NCBI GenBank assembly: GCA_021818875.1
Contig: JAKASW010000002.1
Coordinates: 1 to 44,683, forward strand
Length of the DNA: 44,683 bases
Source: Bacteroidota bacterium
GTDB taxonomy: Bacteria; Bacteroidota; Ignavibacteria; Kryptoniales; JAKASW01
Direction: 5' to 3'
The position numbers were made by a program, and so were the translations under genes. The notes beneath the pieces are model-generated. The model was not told the DNA's origin, did no database searches, and worked only from the letters and a program-made list of their open reading frames with translations. Positions 27,103-36,998 of the stretch are shown here, piece by piece; position 1 is the first letter of the stretch, and each line of letters starts with the position of its first letter.

Positions 27103-29052
27103 TTGCTAAACCTGACATCCCCGACGGTCAAAACCTCCATAGAGAACGGAGGAAATCATCAAGGAGTTTTCCACCTCAAATTGCTTGTGGCCGCTCCAGG
27201 CAAGTCGGAAGTGAGCCGAATCAGAAAGATCCTGGAAGAGCCTGGCTGCGAACTTACTTTGAAGCAGGTTTCGTCGTTAAACAGCTTTGTGAAATCGGTT
27301 GGTGTAAGCGTGCCCGACCTCGTCATTGCAAATTATAGGTTCCCGGGATTTGAAGGCGTCGAGGCTTTGAAATATTTGCGAGCACGCGATATGAAGATTC
27401 CGTTCGTGGTTGTTGCCGACTCAATGCCTCACAGGGTGGCCGCACGTTTTCTGGAAGAGGGAGCGTCTGCCTGTATTCTCAAATCAGATGCCAGGCAATT
27501 GCGAGAGTTTGTAACCAGCTTAGTGGTACATGAACGACGCTCATCAGGTGACGGCCCGTCAGATCGTCACGAATATTACGAAATGCTTCTTGATATGGAG
27601 AACAGAGTTGGCACCGGGTTTGTCGTTCTTGATGGCGCATCGAAGCGGCCTCTCTATGTCAGCAATGCCTTCAGTCAAATGGTGGGATACCCCGTTGAAG
27701 AGATTCTGAATCTGACAAGCATCGAAGTGCTGCTTCATCCTGATGACACGGATAAGTTTGAGAGGAGGATAAGCAGGCTTTCAAGAAGGCAAGAGAGAAT
27801 GAACGCTTTTGCCGTGCGGGTCACGACAGGCCATGGCAGGACATTGGAGCTGGAATTTATTTCGGCAAATATTATCGAAGATGGCGGTGAAAAGATTGCA
27901 ATGATCGTCAAAGACGCAAACATGGTAAGGCAAAAGGTAAGGGAGAAGAATTTAGACGCCGTCTATTGCGAAATGTGCGACTATGGGCTAGGGTTCAGGT
28001 CGGTGGTGGAAGATGTGAAAGACTACGGTCTCTTTACTCTCGATGAGGACGGGAAAGTCAAGAGCTGGAATCCCGGGATCAAACGGCTATTGGGTTTCAC
28101 CGACAAAGAGATCATTGGAGTCGATCTGATATCGCTTGTCGCAGATAGTTTTGAATGCAAAACCAGACTCGCTTCATTCTTCAACGGTTCGGCTGGGGCT
28201 CGCAGGCTGGAGATGGAATCGTGGATCACACGGAAAGATCATTCGAAGTTCTGGGGAGGTTTTACTTTGACGACTCTCGTAGGTTCAGATCGCGATCTGA
28301 AAGGCTACTCTGTACTCTTGCGGGATCTCGGGCCCCGCAAGCTTGCGGAGGATCAGCTGAAAGAAAGTGAAGCCCAGTTGCATTCTCTCGCCGCACATCT
28401 GCAGACTACACGCGAAGAAGAACGGGCCGACATCGCCAGGCTTCTTCATGATGAATTCGGACAGACGCTAACGGCTTTGAGGATGGATTTGTCCGTCCTT
28501 GGAAGAATGGTATCAAGAACCGTGACTGAATCACTCGGGAGAATGTCTCTCCTGGAGAAGATATCTTCGATCTCTGAGGTGCTTGAAAAGACCATCCGGT
28601 CAACGCGGAAAATAATCACAGACCTGAGACCTGCCGTTCTCGATGAGCTTGGGCTTCTGACGGCAATTCAATGGCTGGTACTTGAATTTGAAAACAGAAC
28701 TGGCATACATTGCATTATAAAGAGACTTCAGCATGACATCACACTCGACTCGAATGCCTCGACAACCACTTTCAGAATTCTACAAGAAGCGCTGAACAAC
28801 GTCATGAGACATTCCGCCGCGACAAGGGTTTCTATTTCAATGCAGGTAGTTGACCAGAATATAGTTCTTGAGATTGCGGACAACGGAAAGGGGATAGACC
28901 CTGACAAACTAAAGGACCCCGCATCTACAGGTATAATAGGAATGCGCGAGAGGGTCCTTTCTCTCGGCGGTGAATTCAAAGTGCGAGGCGAAACTGGAAA
29001 GGGTACGACGCTAAAGGCTCTTATCCCTTACTCCAGAAACCGGGCTGCCTGA
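27103..29052 (+). CDS. sensor histidine kinase: degenerate receiver + PAS domains + HisKA_3 + HATPase_c
   Basis: H-box ERADIARLLHDEFGQTLTAL (NarX/DegS-type HisKA_3), N-box LQEALNNVMRHS, G-boxes DNGKGI and GIIGMRERVLSLGGEF. Two PAS-like segments and an N-terminal REC-like fold. Confidence 0.85.
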   Translation: MLNLTSPTVKTSIENGGNHQGVFHLKLLVAAPGKSEVSRIRKILEEPGCELTLKQVSSLNSFVKSVGVSVPDLVIANYRFPGFEGVEALKYLRARDMKIPFVVVADSMPHRVAARFLEEGASACILKSDARQLREFVTSLVVHERRSSGDGPSDRHEYYEMLLDMENRVGTGFVVLDGASKRPLYVSNAFSQMVGYPVEEILNLTSIEVLLHPDDTDKFERRISRLSRRQERMNAFAVRVTTGHGRTLELEFISANIIEDGGEKIAMIVKDANMVRQKVREKNLDAVYCEMCDYGLGFRSVVEDVKDYGLFTLDEDGKVKSWNPGIKRLLGFTDKEIIGVDLISLVADSFECKTRLASFFNGSAGARRLEMESWITRKDHSKFWGGFTLTTLVGSDRDLKGYSVLLRDLGPRKLAEDQLKESEAQLHSLAAHLQTTREEERADIARLLHDEFGQTLTALRMDLSVLGRMVSRTVTESLGRMSLLEKISSISEVLEKTIRSTRKIITDLRPAVLDELGLLTAIQWLVLEFENRTGIHCIIKRLQHDITLDSNASTTTFRILQEALNNVMRHSAATRVSISMQVVDQNIVLEIADNGKGIDPDKLKDPASTGIIGMRERVLSLGGEFKVRGETGKGTTLKALIPYSRNRAA

Positions 29053-29064
29053 ATTCTGATCGGG

Positions 29065-29697
29065 ATGATTAAGATTATCATTGCCGACGATCACCCCCTG
29101 GTGCGGAAAGGATTGAGAGAAATCCTGGAGGGAGAAATCGATCTCGAGATAGTCGGGGAAGCGGCAAGTGGAGGCGAAGTGTTGGAGGCCGTAAGGCAGA
29201 AGTTGCCCGATGTGGTAATCACAGACCTTTCAATGCCGGGTATGAGCGGCCTGGATATGATAAGCGCCCTGAAGCAGGAGCATCCGAAGCTGCCTGTACT
29301 TGTCCTGACGATGCATCCCGAAGACCGTTTTGCCGTGCGCAGCCTGAAATCGGGAGCGTCGGGTTACATGACAAAAGATTCCTTACCTGAAGAAATAACG
29401 AAAGCCGTGAGACTTCTGGCATCCGGCAAAAAGTACATAACCGAATCCCTTGCAGAGAAACTGGCGATGGAGCTGGACAAGGACATCACGAGAAGTCCAC
29501 ATGAAACGCTTTCGAACAGGGAATTCCAGATAATGTGCGCACTCGCTTCCGGGATGAAAGTAAAAGAGATTGCCGAAGAGCTTTCAATCAGCATTCACAC
29601 CGTGAACACTCATAAGGCAAGGATCATGGAGAAGATGAACATGAAGACAATTCCGGAGCTTACGCTTTATGCGGTTGAAAATCATTTGATCGAATAG
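29065..29697 (+). CDS. NarL/FixJ-family response regulator (REC + LuxR HTH)
   Basis: IIIADDHPLVRKGL, PDVVITDLSMPGMSG (phospho-Asp), C-terminal LSNREFQIMCALASGMKVKEIAEELSISIHTVNTHKARIMEKM. Confidence 0.9.
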   Translation: MIKIIIADDHPLVRKGLREILEGEIDLEIVGEAASGGEVLEAVRQKLPDVVITDLSMPGMSGLDMISALKQEHPKLPVLVLTMHPEDRFAVRSLKSGASGYMTKDSLPEEITKAVRLLASGKKYITESLAEKLAMELDKDITRSPHETLSNREFQIMCALASGMKVKEIAEELSISIHTVNTHKARIMEKMNMKTIPELTLYAVENHLIE

Positions 29698-29725
29698 CAA
29701 GCCCCCATGTCCTATTCGGGAAAGT

Positions 29726-29745
29726 GAACCGGTCCCGCCCGGTTC
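29726..29745 (+). terminator. stem-loop after the response-regulator gene
   Basis: GAACCGG-TCCCGC-CCGGTTC, a perfect 7-bp stem 29 nt after the stop codon. No U-run. Confidence 0.35.
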
Positions 29746-29920
29746 TCCATGAAATGCCACGATCTGTCATGGCGTTCAATAGACCGGTAGAGGGTGCAAG
29801 AATGTTGGCGGGTTGCTGTACTCGAGAATTGCTGCCGGCAAAAATTCAGCAGTTTGAGAAATCCACTAAAGTAAGGACTTGCCGAAAGTTGATTTCGAGC
29901 GGAGGACAATACTGAAGACC

Positions 29921-31738
29921 ATGACGATTACGAATTTCGGGCCGGCTCGCCTCACTATTTCATATGCCTTCACAATTATCGCCGGATTATTGTCGGTCTG
30001 CAATCCTGATCTCCAAAGCGGGCGGGTGTTCGGCGAAAATGTGAAACCGAATCGCCAGTCTTCCTTTTTGACTTCCACCATCCTTTCCTCCGATCAAGAA
30101 AGGAAAGCTATGGGGAAAAGAGCAGGTTCGCGACGCGGCAGGAACACGCTGCCGAGGAATTCGTCCGTGGCTGAAACTGATCGGCCAAAGCCGATTCACT
30201 GCTGGGCAATGAAGATTGGCGGCGACTGGAAAATCAATGGCGACCTTCCGGATGAAGCGCTTGTTATCAGCCTGCAGGGCCTTGTCAACAGGTCAGGTCC
30301 ACAGCTATATCTTCTTTATCCGACGAAAGGGTATGACTATACAAACACCGAAGCTATCATGGCTTTCTACCACAAGTATCATGGTGTCGATCATAAAACA
30401 ATTAAGACTATCCCGGAGGCTTTAGTCAAGTTCCGCAAATACATAAGGGGGTACATCGTTTACGATCCGAAGCTACGGGACTCGATTGTCCTGTCATTTA
30501 CCGCTGCAGGCATCATGGATGGAGTGGTCGTCGCGCCGGAACAAATCCCGATGATGGATTCGTTGGGTTTCAAGATGCTCGTCGATTTTCGCGGGAAGTT
30601 CGAGGGCATGGATACTACACAGATTTACCAGTGGGCGTATAATCACTACTGGAACAGGTGCAGCCACAAGGCACTTGTCTATTTGGGCGGAGCGGAGGGA
30701 GATATAATGCAGCCCGCAATTGCCGACCTCGGAGTAGCGGACCGCCTTTTCTTCTACGATCTGTCAACTGAGCCGGAAGCCGGAACGCAGTACAAACTTG
30801 TCTCAATGCTGTACGGCAAGATGAGACCCTTTTCATTCCTTTTCGGCTGGCATTCGTATATGAAAGATACCGAGGATTCTTATGTGACGCTTGCTTCGCA
30901 CTATGCACTTCGGGTTGAAGGACTAAACACACTTCCGAACATGAGTTTTCACCGATGGATCAAGCTTCCACCCGGTTATAAATTTCATGCTAACCACAGC
31001 GACCTGAAGAATCCCAAGTTGGAGAAAAAGATTTATGTCTCGTTCATTCAGAGCGACGGACTCGGACTTGGTGCATGGCTAAGGCCGGGGCGAGGCAAAA
31101 TCCCGTATGCGTGGGAAGTGAACATGTACTGGTACCACTATGCGCCGGGAATTCTGGAATTCTATTATCATCAGGCATCTCCAAACGATTTCTTTATCGG
31201 ATCACTCAGCGGGCCGAGTTACATGTATCCGAAGGCAATGCCTCCGAAATATCTTCCGACTGCATTGAAAATGGCGTCGAAGCTTATGAAGGATCTGGAT
31301 CTAAACATGTTCGAAATCTATGATGCTTCCGACTCGCTGAACCGCGACTTGCCGAAGAGCATAGTGGATGATTATTTCAAATACATCCCGAATGCAATCG
31401 GGTTTGTGAATGGTTACGGTCCGGCTCACACGTTTGCGGTGAAAGATGGACTCCCGTTTATCTCTTTCGACTACTATCTTCCGCCGACAAGGAAAGTGGA
31501 TGAAGTGGTCGGAGACTTGAAGGAGCTGGCTACCCTCAATCCGAAGCGGCCTTACTTTCTATGCTTCCACGTTCGGGAATACACGGACGTCAAAGGTGTG
31601 ATTGACATAATGAGGCATCTTGGGCCGGAGTTCAAGATTGTGCCCCTCGATGTGTTCATGAAGCTTGCGGGAATGGATCCTACGTTCAAAACACGGTACG
31701 AATCTACGAAACAACCGGTGCAATTGTTTTCTCGATGA
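29921..31738 (+). CDS. GxGYxYP-family putative glycoside hydrolase
   Basis: GSLSGPSYMYP matches the family-defining GxGYxYP motif, and FVNGYGPAHTF also occurs. Start chosen at ATG 29921 (GGAGG upstream, hydrophobic N-terminus). The track ORF starts at TTG 29879. Confidence 0.6.
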   Translation: MTITNFGPARLTISYAFTIIAGLLSVCNPDLQSGRVFGENVKPNRQSSFLTSTILSSDQERKAMGKRAGSRRGRNTLPRNSSVAETDRPKPIHCWAMKIGGDWKINGDLPDEALVISLQGLVNRSGPQLYLLYPTKGYDYTNTEAIMAFYHKYHGVDHKTIKTIPEALVKFRKYIRGYIVYDPKLRDSIVLSFTAAGIMDGVVVAPEQIPMMDSLGFKMLVDFRGKFEGMDTTQIYQWAYNHYWNRCSHKALVYLGGAEGDIMQPAIADLGVADRLFFYDLSTEPEAGTQYKLVSMLYGKMRPFSFLFGWHSYMKDTEDSYVTLASHYALRVEGLNTLPNMSFHRWIKLPPGYKFHANHSDLKNPKLEKKIYVSFIQSDGLGLGAWLRPGRGKIPYAWEVNMYWYHYAPGILEFYYHQASPNDFFIGSLSGPSYMYPKAMPPKYLPTALKMASKLMKDLDLNMFEIYDASDSLNRDLPKSIVDDYFKYIPNAIGFVNGYGPAHTFAVKDGLPFISFDYYLPPTRKVDEVVGDLKELATLNPKRPYFLCFHVREYTDVKGVIDIMRHLGPEFKIVPLDVFMKLAGMDPTFKTRYESTKQPVQLFSR

Positions 31739-31766
31739 TGACTCGCAAAATTACTGGGGTATCGAG

Positions 31767-32327
31767 ATGAGCTTGAATCTGTTTTGTCCTCTTTCCCTTG
31801 TTGTCGCCTTCATGCTGTTTGGCAACAGCTTTCTGTACGCCCAGTCACAAGGTTTCGCCGGTACCTGGAGGTTCGATGAATCATCGAGCAGGAACGTAGC
31901 TGCAGCATTCGAGTCAGGAGACGTGCGGTGCGAGCTGCACATCATTCCTGAAGGCAGCAACAGAATGGTTATCGAAGATCTTGCAGATACCTATGTCGGT
32001 TGGAGAAAGACCGAACTCAATGTTGATTTGAACGGGCCGGAGAGTACTTCGGTCTGGCCGAAAGGAGATTTGCCGTCGTTCAGTTTCGAAGCAGTGGCTA
32101 TTGGGAGAGATCAGGTTGTTAAAACGAAAGCTGTAGAGGGCAAGGACAGATCGGCGTTTGACTTAACTTCGTATTTCAAGGTCCTGGTATCGCAGGGGAC
32201 TTACAATATCGTGCTGCGCAGTCATTATCAATTATCCGCCAACGGCGATACTCTAACGGTCACGGAGACACGTAATTCACGGGAGTACAATGAGCCTGCC
32301 GTGTATGTTTTTCAGCGAGTGAAATAG
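31767..32327 (+). CDS. secreted beta-rich protein of unknown function (lipocalin-like)
   Basis: Signal peptide MSLNLFCPLSLVVAFMLFGNSFLYAQ, followed by GTWRFDES and alternating beta-type sequence. No family recognised. Confidence 0.5.
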   Translation: MSLNLFCPLSLVVAFMLFGNSFLYAQSQGFAGTWRFDESSSRNVAAAFESGDVRCELHIIPEGSNRMVIEDLADTYVGWRKTELNVDLNGPESTSVWPKGDLPSFSFEAVAIGRDQVVKTKAVEGKDRSAFDLTSYFKVLVSQGTYNIVLRSHYQLSANGDTLTVTETRNSREYNEPAVYVFQRVK

Positions 32328-32365
32328 TTGTTCTGAAATTTCTGAGTCGGGTTAACTCTTAGCTC

Positions 32366-33304
32366 ATGAGTGAAAGTCCCAATAGAAAGATAATTGGTCT
32401 CGACATCGGCGGTACTAAGACTGCGGTGGTTTTGGGCACTGCAGAAGGCGAAATTCTCTCCCGCACCGAATTCCCGACAAACGTGAGTAGTCCGTTTGAC
32501 ACGCAGTTTGCCAGACTGTGCTCGGTCGTTCACGCCACACTCGACAAAGTGGGAGGTCCGATATTTGCGATTAGTGTCTCGATTGGTGGTCCCATGGATG
32601 CTTTGGAAGGAATTATCAAATCGCCGCCTAATCTGCCGATGTGGGTCGATGTTCCATTGAAGAAGTTGCTGAAAGATGAATTCCAGCTTCCTGTCTACGT
32701 TGAACACGATGGCAATGCCGGAGCACTTGCAGAGTTTTATTTTGGAGCGGGACGCGGCGCAAACAGCATCGTTTTCCTGACGCTTGGTACTGGTTTCGGA
32801 GCCGGTCTAATTCTCGACCGGAAACTGTATCGTGGTACAAGCTGTCTCGCCGGCGAAATAGGCCACATCAGGGTTGCCGATGACGGACCGGAAGCTTTCG
32901 GCAAGCGCGGCTCGTTAGAGGGATACTGCTCTGGGAGTGGAATTGAAAAACTCGCGACCTTCCTCTTTCCAAAAAGATGGATCACGCCCGTACCAGTTCG
33001 AGAGCTTGCTGAACTTGCGCGGAAAGATGATGCAGAGGCGAAAGCAGTTTTCGACACCTCCGGCAAGTATCTCGGCCGCGCGTTTGCCATATTAGCTGAT
33101 CTCATCAACCCCGAGAAAATTATTCTTGGTGCTCTTGGATTCAGGCTCGGGCCGCTGCTCTTAGAGCCTGCAATGGAGGTACTCAAGAAGGAAGCTTTGT
33201 CGCAGGCAGTCTCATGCTGCCAAATCGTTCCCGCAGAGCTGGGTGAAAAGATCGGCGACGTTGCCTCACTTTGCGCTGCCCTGAACCAGGAAGGGCTGCT
33301 CTGA
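32366..33304 (+). CDS. ROK-family sugar kinase
   Basis: IGLDIGGTKTAVVLG (phosphate-1), VEHDGNAGALAE, GTGFGAGLI, GEIGH. The usual CxCGxxGC zinc motif is degenerate (FGKRGSLEGYCSG). Confidence 0.8.
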   Translation: MSESPNRKIIGLDIGGTKTAVVLGTAEGEILSRTEFPTNVSSPFDTQFARLCSVVHATLDKVGGPIFAISVSIGGPMDALEGIIKSPPNLPMWVDVPLKKLLKDEFQLPVYVEHDGNAGALAEFYFGAGRGANSIVFLTLGTGFGAGLILDRKLYRGTSCLAGEIGHIRVADDGPEAFGKRGSLEGYCSGSGIEKLATFLFPKRWITPVPVRELAELARKDDAEAKAVFDTSGKYLGRAFAILADLINPEKIILGALGFRLGPLLLEPAMEVLKKEALSQAVSCCQIVPAELGEKIGDVASLCAALNQEGLL

Positions 33305-33441
33305 ATCTATACTCCATGTTTGCCGGGCGCCGCCGATAACTCATCAACGGCCTGGCGGGGTTAAACAACAATCGGCCATCGGACACGTAAATTCAAATCG
33401 AACTTTAACTTCTTTATATCTGTGGGCTGACTTCGTTCGAG

Positions 33442-33730
33442 TTGTCTTCATATCTCAAAACCGTGAAGAAGTCGAATGCCTGGGATGAAGCGACCGTCAG
33501 GTCTACCGTCGAATCCATTCTCAATCAATATATTGGCAAGCCACCTGGTAGGGTACACGAGCAAGGATGGCAAAGACTGGTACCTGATAAAAGATTCCGG
33601 GGCGGGTGCAAGAAACAACACACACGCCGGGTACTATTTCTACAATGCAGATTTCGTAAAGCTAAAAATGCTCGGCATCATGGTCAACAAGAGCGCGATT
33701 CCGGATGTTGTGACAAAAATGAGAATGTAA
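33442..33730 (+). pseudogene. C-terminal remnant of a papain-fold (C1/C1B-like) peptidase, frameshifted
   Basis: Frame from 33476 reads ASHLVGYTSKDGKDWYLIKDSGAGARNNTHAGYYFYNADFVKLKMLGIMVNKSAI, matching the pattern H..(V)GY...DG..W..K(N/D)S.G....GY.F at the peptidase C-terminus. Only about 85 codons are present, the upstream part is in another frame, and no catalytic-Cys half is nearby. Confidence 0.4.
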
Positions 33731-34190
33731 AATTGCTTGAACACATTCCAACCATAACACCCCAGCGTGGCTTCGGCTCCCTTTTTTTGTGAGATGCATA
33801 TTGGCGGTAGTCCTCACCTCTTGTCATTCGTGTTTGCCGTCGATGGATTGTCCCCCTTCGCACCGGGGTATTCCTTATCCATTCAATCGTGTGCAAAGTC
33901 CCCAGGCAAGTAGAGTATCTCGAAATTCATGAATCCAAACTTGCCCGTCGACTCGAATTCCGGTCTTATGTCCTCGGGGGCGCCAACGCATGACAAAGAG
34001 AACATAAAGTGGTAAACTTACCTGCCAAGCACTAGAACGACAAGGTCGGAGAGTTGATCCTCGTTGCGGTACTGGCAGGGCACAAAGAGCGTGGCCTCCA
34101 AGAAGGCTCAGTCAGAGGGCAAACCGCATTTGGGTTCAGGATCAGCAGGAAGACAGTGTACAACTTCTACCGACTAAAAGGGAGGATTTC

Positions 34191-34745
34191 ATGAAAGCAA
34201 TGTCCTTAGTCTCGAAGGCGGCCTTAGTGATGGTCGCACTCGCGACGGTGCTCCTTTCGGTAGCGAGCCCCGAAGCGCAAGATTCGCGGGGCGCTCAGCA
34301 GAAGCCAATCGTAGGTTTCTGGACTGTTAAATTCATCGCCAAAGGCAACACCGCGGCCAGCACGGGGTTGCCCCAAGACAAAGTGCCACCCGACGGGGCA
34401 GTGATCGATGATGGCAATCAGCAGTTCCACAGTGATGGAACGGAAATCCACAATTCGGGGACATGACCGCCTGTCACCCAGAGTTACTGCCTTGGAGTGT
34501 GGAAGAAAGTGGGACCCTTCGAGTACAAGCTCAACCACTTCGCGATCAGTTGGAACCCCGACAATACTTTGCTCGGCCGCGCCAATATCCACGAGGACAT
34601 TTTCGTGAGCCACGATCACAATGCTCTTTCGGGAACATTCACGATTGACCAGTACAACACCGCTGGCAAGTTGCTGGTTCACTTTATGGGCCAGATCAAC
34701 GGCAAGCGCATTATGATGTCAACGACTGTCCACGACCTGCTCTGA
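34191..34745 (+). pseudogene. secreted protein of unknown function interrupted by one in-frame TGA
   Basis: ORFs 34191..34466 (signal peptide MKAMSLVSKAALVMVALATVLLSVASPEAQ) and 34497..34745 are in the same frame. Reading through TGA 34464-34466 gives ...HSDGTEIHNSGT*PPVTQSYCLGVWKKVGPFEYKLNHF... with no other stop. Confidence 0.6.
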
Positions 34746-35448
34746 ACCTGGCGTTCCGAGGTGATGCACCAACTGCCAGCTGGGTGAGAATTCCGTACAG
34801 GGACATCGCACAGCATGAGGAGAAGATCTGAGCCTGACGATGGGGCTTGACTGGTGATAGATCTATTCACCAAGCTCCGACGCGGCAGATTCGTTCGGCT
34901 TGTTCTCCGTTTCGCGCGTCAGTTGTGATTCGCACTGCGATGTCCCTCCCATTAACTCATAGAAGTCAGCCATTTTCCCGTGCTGATCGGGTCGCACCGG
35001 GAAAAACAGCCGTTCGGCTGTGATCGTGGACCACCCTTCGGCGAGTGCGTAAGGTCTCCAGGGCTTGATCCGATACGAGCTAGCCAATACGTAGTCCTTT
35101 ATTGCAGGAGTAAAAGAATGAGAGGGGCTCTTTCTCACGGAGTCTTACTGTCCGAAAGAAGACTTGCAAGCGCTGCTCGATGTCTTCGATATTTTCGCAG
35201 GAAAGTGATGGATGTGAACTACGTAATGACGAATCCCGGAAGGTTCGAGGAATAGAATGATCTGGGGGATCATGCGAACGGTCTATATTTTTGCCTACCG
35301 AGGGCAGCAGAATTAATGCGGATGAATTCTCTTCACTGGGTAAGATGGTGGTTGTGGGGCGATCTTGATTAGTAAGATATTAGAGTGAATGATGATAAGT
35401 GACCATCTATGACCGGTGGATAATACTATCCTTCCCCGAGGTTGGTCG

Positions 35449-35958
35449 TCAATTGTCGTGATCTTTTCTCGCCGATGTTGGCTCGTCTCCTTTTACTATC
35501 GGAAAGCCATGGTCAATCCAATCATGGGCGAAGTCTACCGGGATATATAACATCTTAACGTGCCTGAAGCCCAGCTTGGTCAATGTTTTGTACGCCGGTT
35601 TGATGTTTGGGCATTCAGACCACGGGCAGCAGCCACAATAAATCACGATCTCTTTATTCTTCGGGACCATCCTGACAGCATCCTTAAGTCGCTGCAGGCC
35701 TTTTGAAGTCGAGGCCGGTCCTGCCCATCTGGCCCCATCGATATGTCCGCCTTCATACAGGAATTGAAACCCGACCTGGATTACGAGCGGCTTCTCGCCC
35801 GTTTTTTGTGAAAGCAATTTCACAAGCTGTGAGCCTGTTATCGTGCTGTCCGAATTGACTTCGCTCTTCCTGGCGGCACCGTATGAACTCGCGCTCAATA
35901 CAATACTGACGAGCGCTCCCAGCGCGAAAGATACTGCTACATTTTTCAACCTGATCAT
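35449..35958 (-). CDS. secreted rhodanese-domain protein
   Basis: Signal peptide MIRLKNVAVSFALGALVSIVLSASSYGA. Rhodanese-like core HIDGARW...KEIVIYCGCCPWSECPN...LTKLGFRHVKML with an active-site Cys loop. Confidence 0.7.
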   Translation of the reverse strand: MIRLKNVAVSFALGALVSIVLSASSYGAARKSEVNSDSTITGSQLVKLLSQKTGEKPLVIQVGFQFLYEGGHIDGARWAGPASTSKGLQRLKDAVRMVPKNKEIVIYCGCCPWSECPNIKPAYKTLTKLGFRHVKMLYIPVDFAHDWIDHGFPIVKGDEPTSARKDHDN

Positions 35959-36168
35959 TTGTAAAATCCTTTTTTGTCATTTTCCGAAATCATCATACTT
36001 CTAAAACACAATTTTTGACCGCAATGTTCAATGAATATTTAGGTGCGCCCCTCGCTAGTCCAAGAGCCACACGACATTTGTCCGTGTTGCTGGCGTGCAT
36101 CTCGCTAAATTCCACGCGCATTCTGCGGCGCGAGATGGGAACAGCCGTTAAATTTCTCATCCGAGACC

Positions 36169-36621
36169 ATGACGATGGTGCGCGAGTTCACTTTGATGGA
36201 AATGTTCCCGTGGTTCGGAAAATTGTCTGCCGCCGCCGATGTGGAAAAATACGGGTATGAATCTTCGGCGGACAGGCTGGCAAGTGTTACTCTCGACATT
36301 GTAACCAATCTGAAAGAAGTTTACGGCCAGACGTACAGCGTCGAAAAATCGTTACAGTACCTTGAATATAAAAGACGGCTCCTGCAAAGCGTGGTGAGGG
36401 TTGCCGAACAGCTCGAAGGCGTGCTTGTTCCTACACCGATAGGTCCTCAGGTTCCACTCGGTGAGGTGGCACAGATGACCTTTCGCCGCGGCCCGATGTT
36501 CAACCGGACCGAAGGTGCGGTACCGACGATACACGTCTTCGTGGAGCCGAACACTTCCGACATCGGCGGTTACGTTGCTAAAGCGAAGAAATATCTTGCC
36601 GATGGCGAGGCAGAGAAATGA
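36169..36621 (+). pseudogene. internal fragment of a CusA/CzcA-type heavy-metal RND efflux pump
   Basis: QLEGVLVPTPIGPQVPLGEVAQMTFRRGPMFNRTEGAVPTIHVFVEPNTSDIGGYVAKAKKYL matches the conserved periplasmic segment (l.V.tp.G.qvPL..VA.i....GP..I..E.G......V.v...DiG.yV.eA) of pumps that are about 1040 aa. Only about 70-150 codons are present. Confidence 0.45.
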
Positions 36622-36758
36622 ATAGAGAAACTGAATCACAAGCGGCGAAATGATAATGAGATCTTCCTCAGCGACCAGCCGGCTTCGAGTTTTGTTCCTG
36701 AGATCAGGCTAAGTTATTTTTCAAAGATACCTATAGCCTATATCAACCTGAGCTTCAG

Positions 36759-36998
36759 ATGGGTGAGCCAATACATATCGCCGGTGCAGGTCCTGCAGGC
36801 CTGGCTGCCGCTGTCAACCTTGCGAAGGCCGGATACGATACGATGGTACACAAACAGAACAGCGGCGTCGGTCTTAGGTTCGGCATCGCGGAACTCACCC
36901 TGAATCCCTCTCTTAGAAAGAGAGGGACTTTGTGTTCCCCTTCTCTTTCCAAGAGAAGGGGTCGGGGGTTGAGTTTGGAAATCGAGATTAAGAAGTGA
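36759..36998 (+). pseudogene. 5' remnant (about 40 codons) of the FAD-oxidoreductase gene, read through into the DUF559 cassette leader
   Basis: MGEPIHIAGAGPAGLAAAVNLAKAGYDTMVHKQNSGVGLRF parallels the start of 37378..38478. Nucleotides 36768-36811 are identical to 37387-37430. The ORF then diverges and stops at TGA 36996-36998. Confidence 0.7.
36906..36961 (+). repeat. two tandem perfect hairpins preceding the DUF559 ORF
   Basis: CCCTCTCTT-AGA-AAGAGAGGG (36906-36926) and CCCCTTCTCTT-TCC-AAGAGAAGGGG (36937-36961). Confidence 0.8.
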
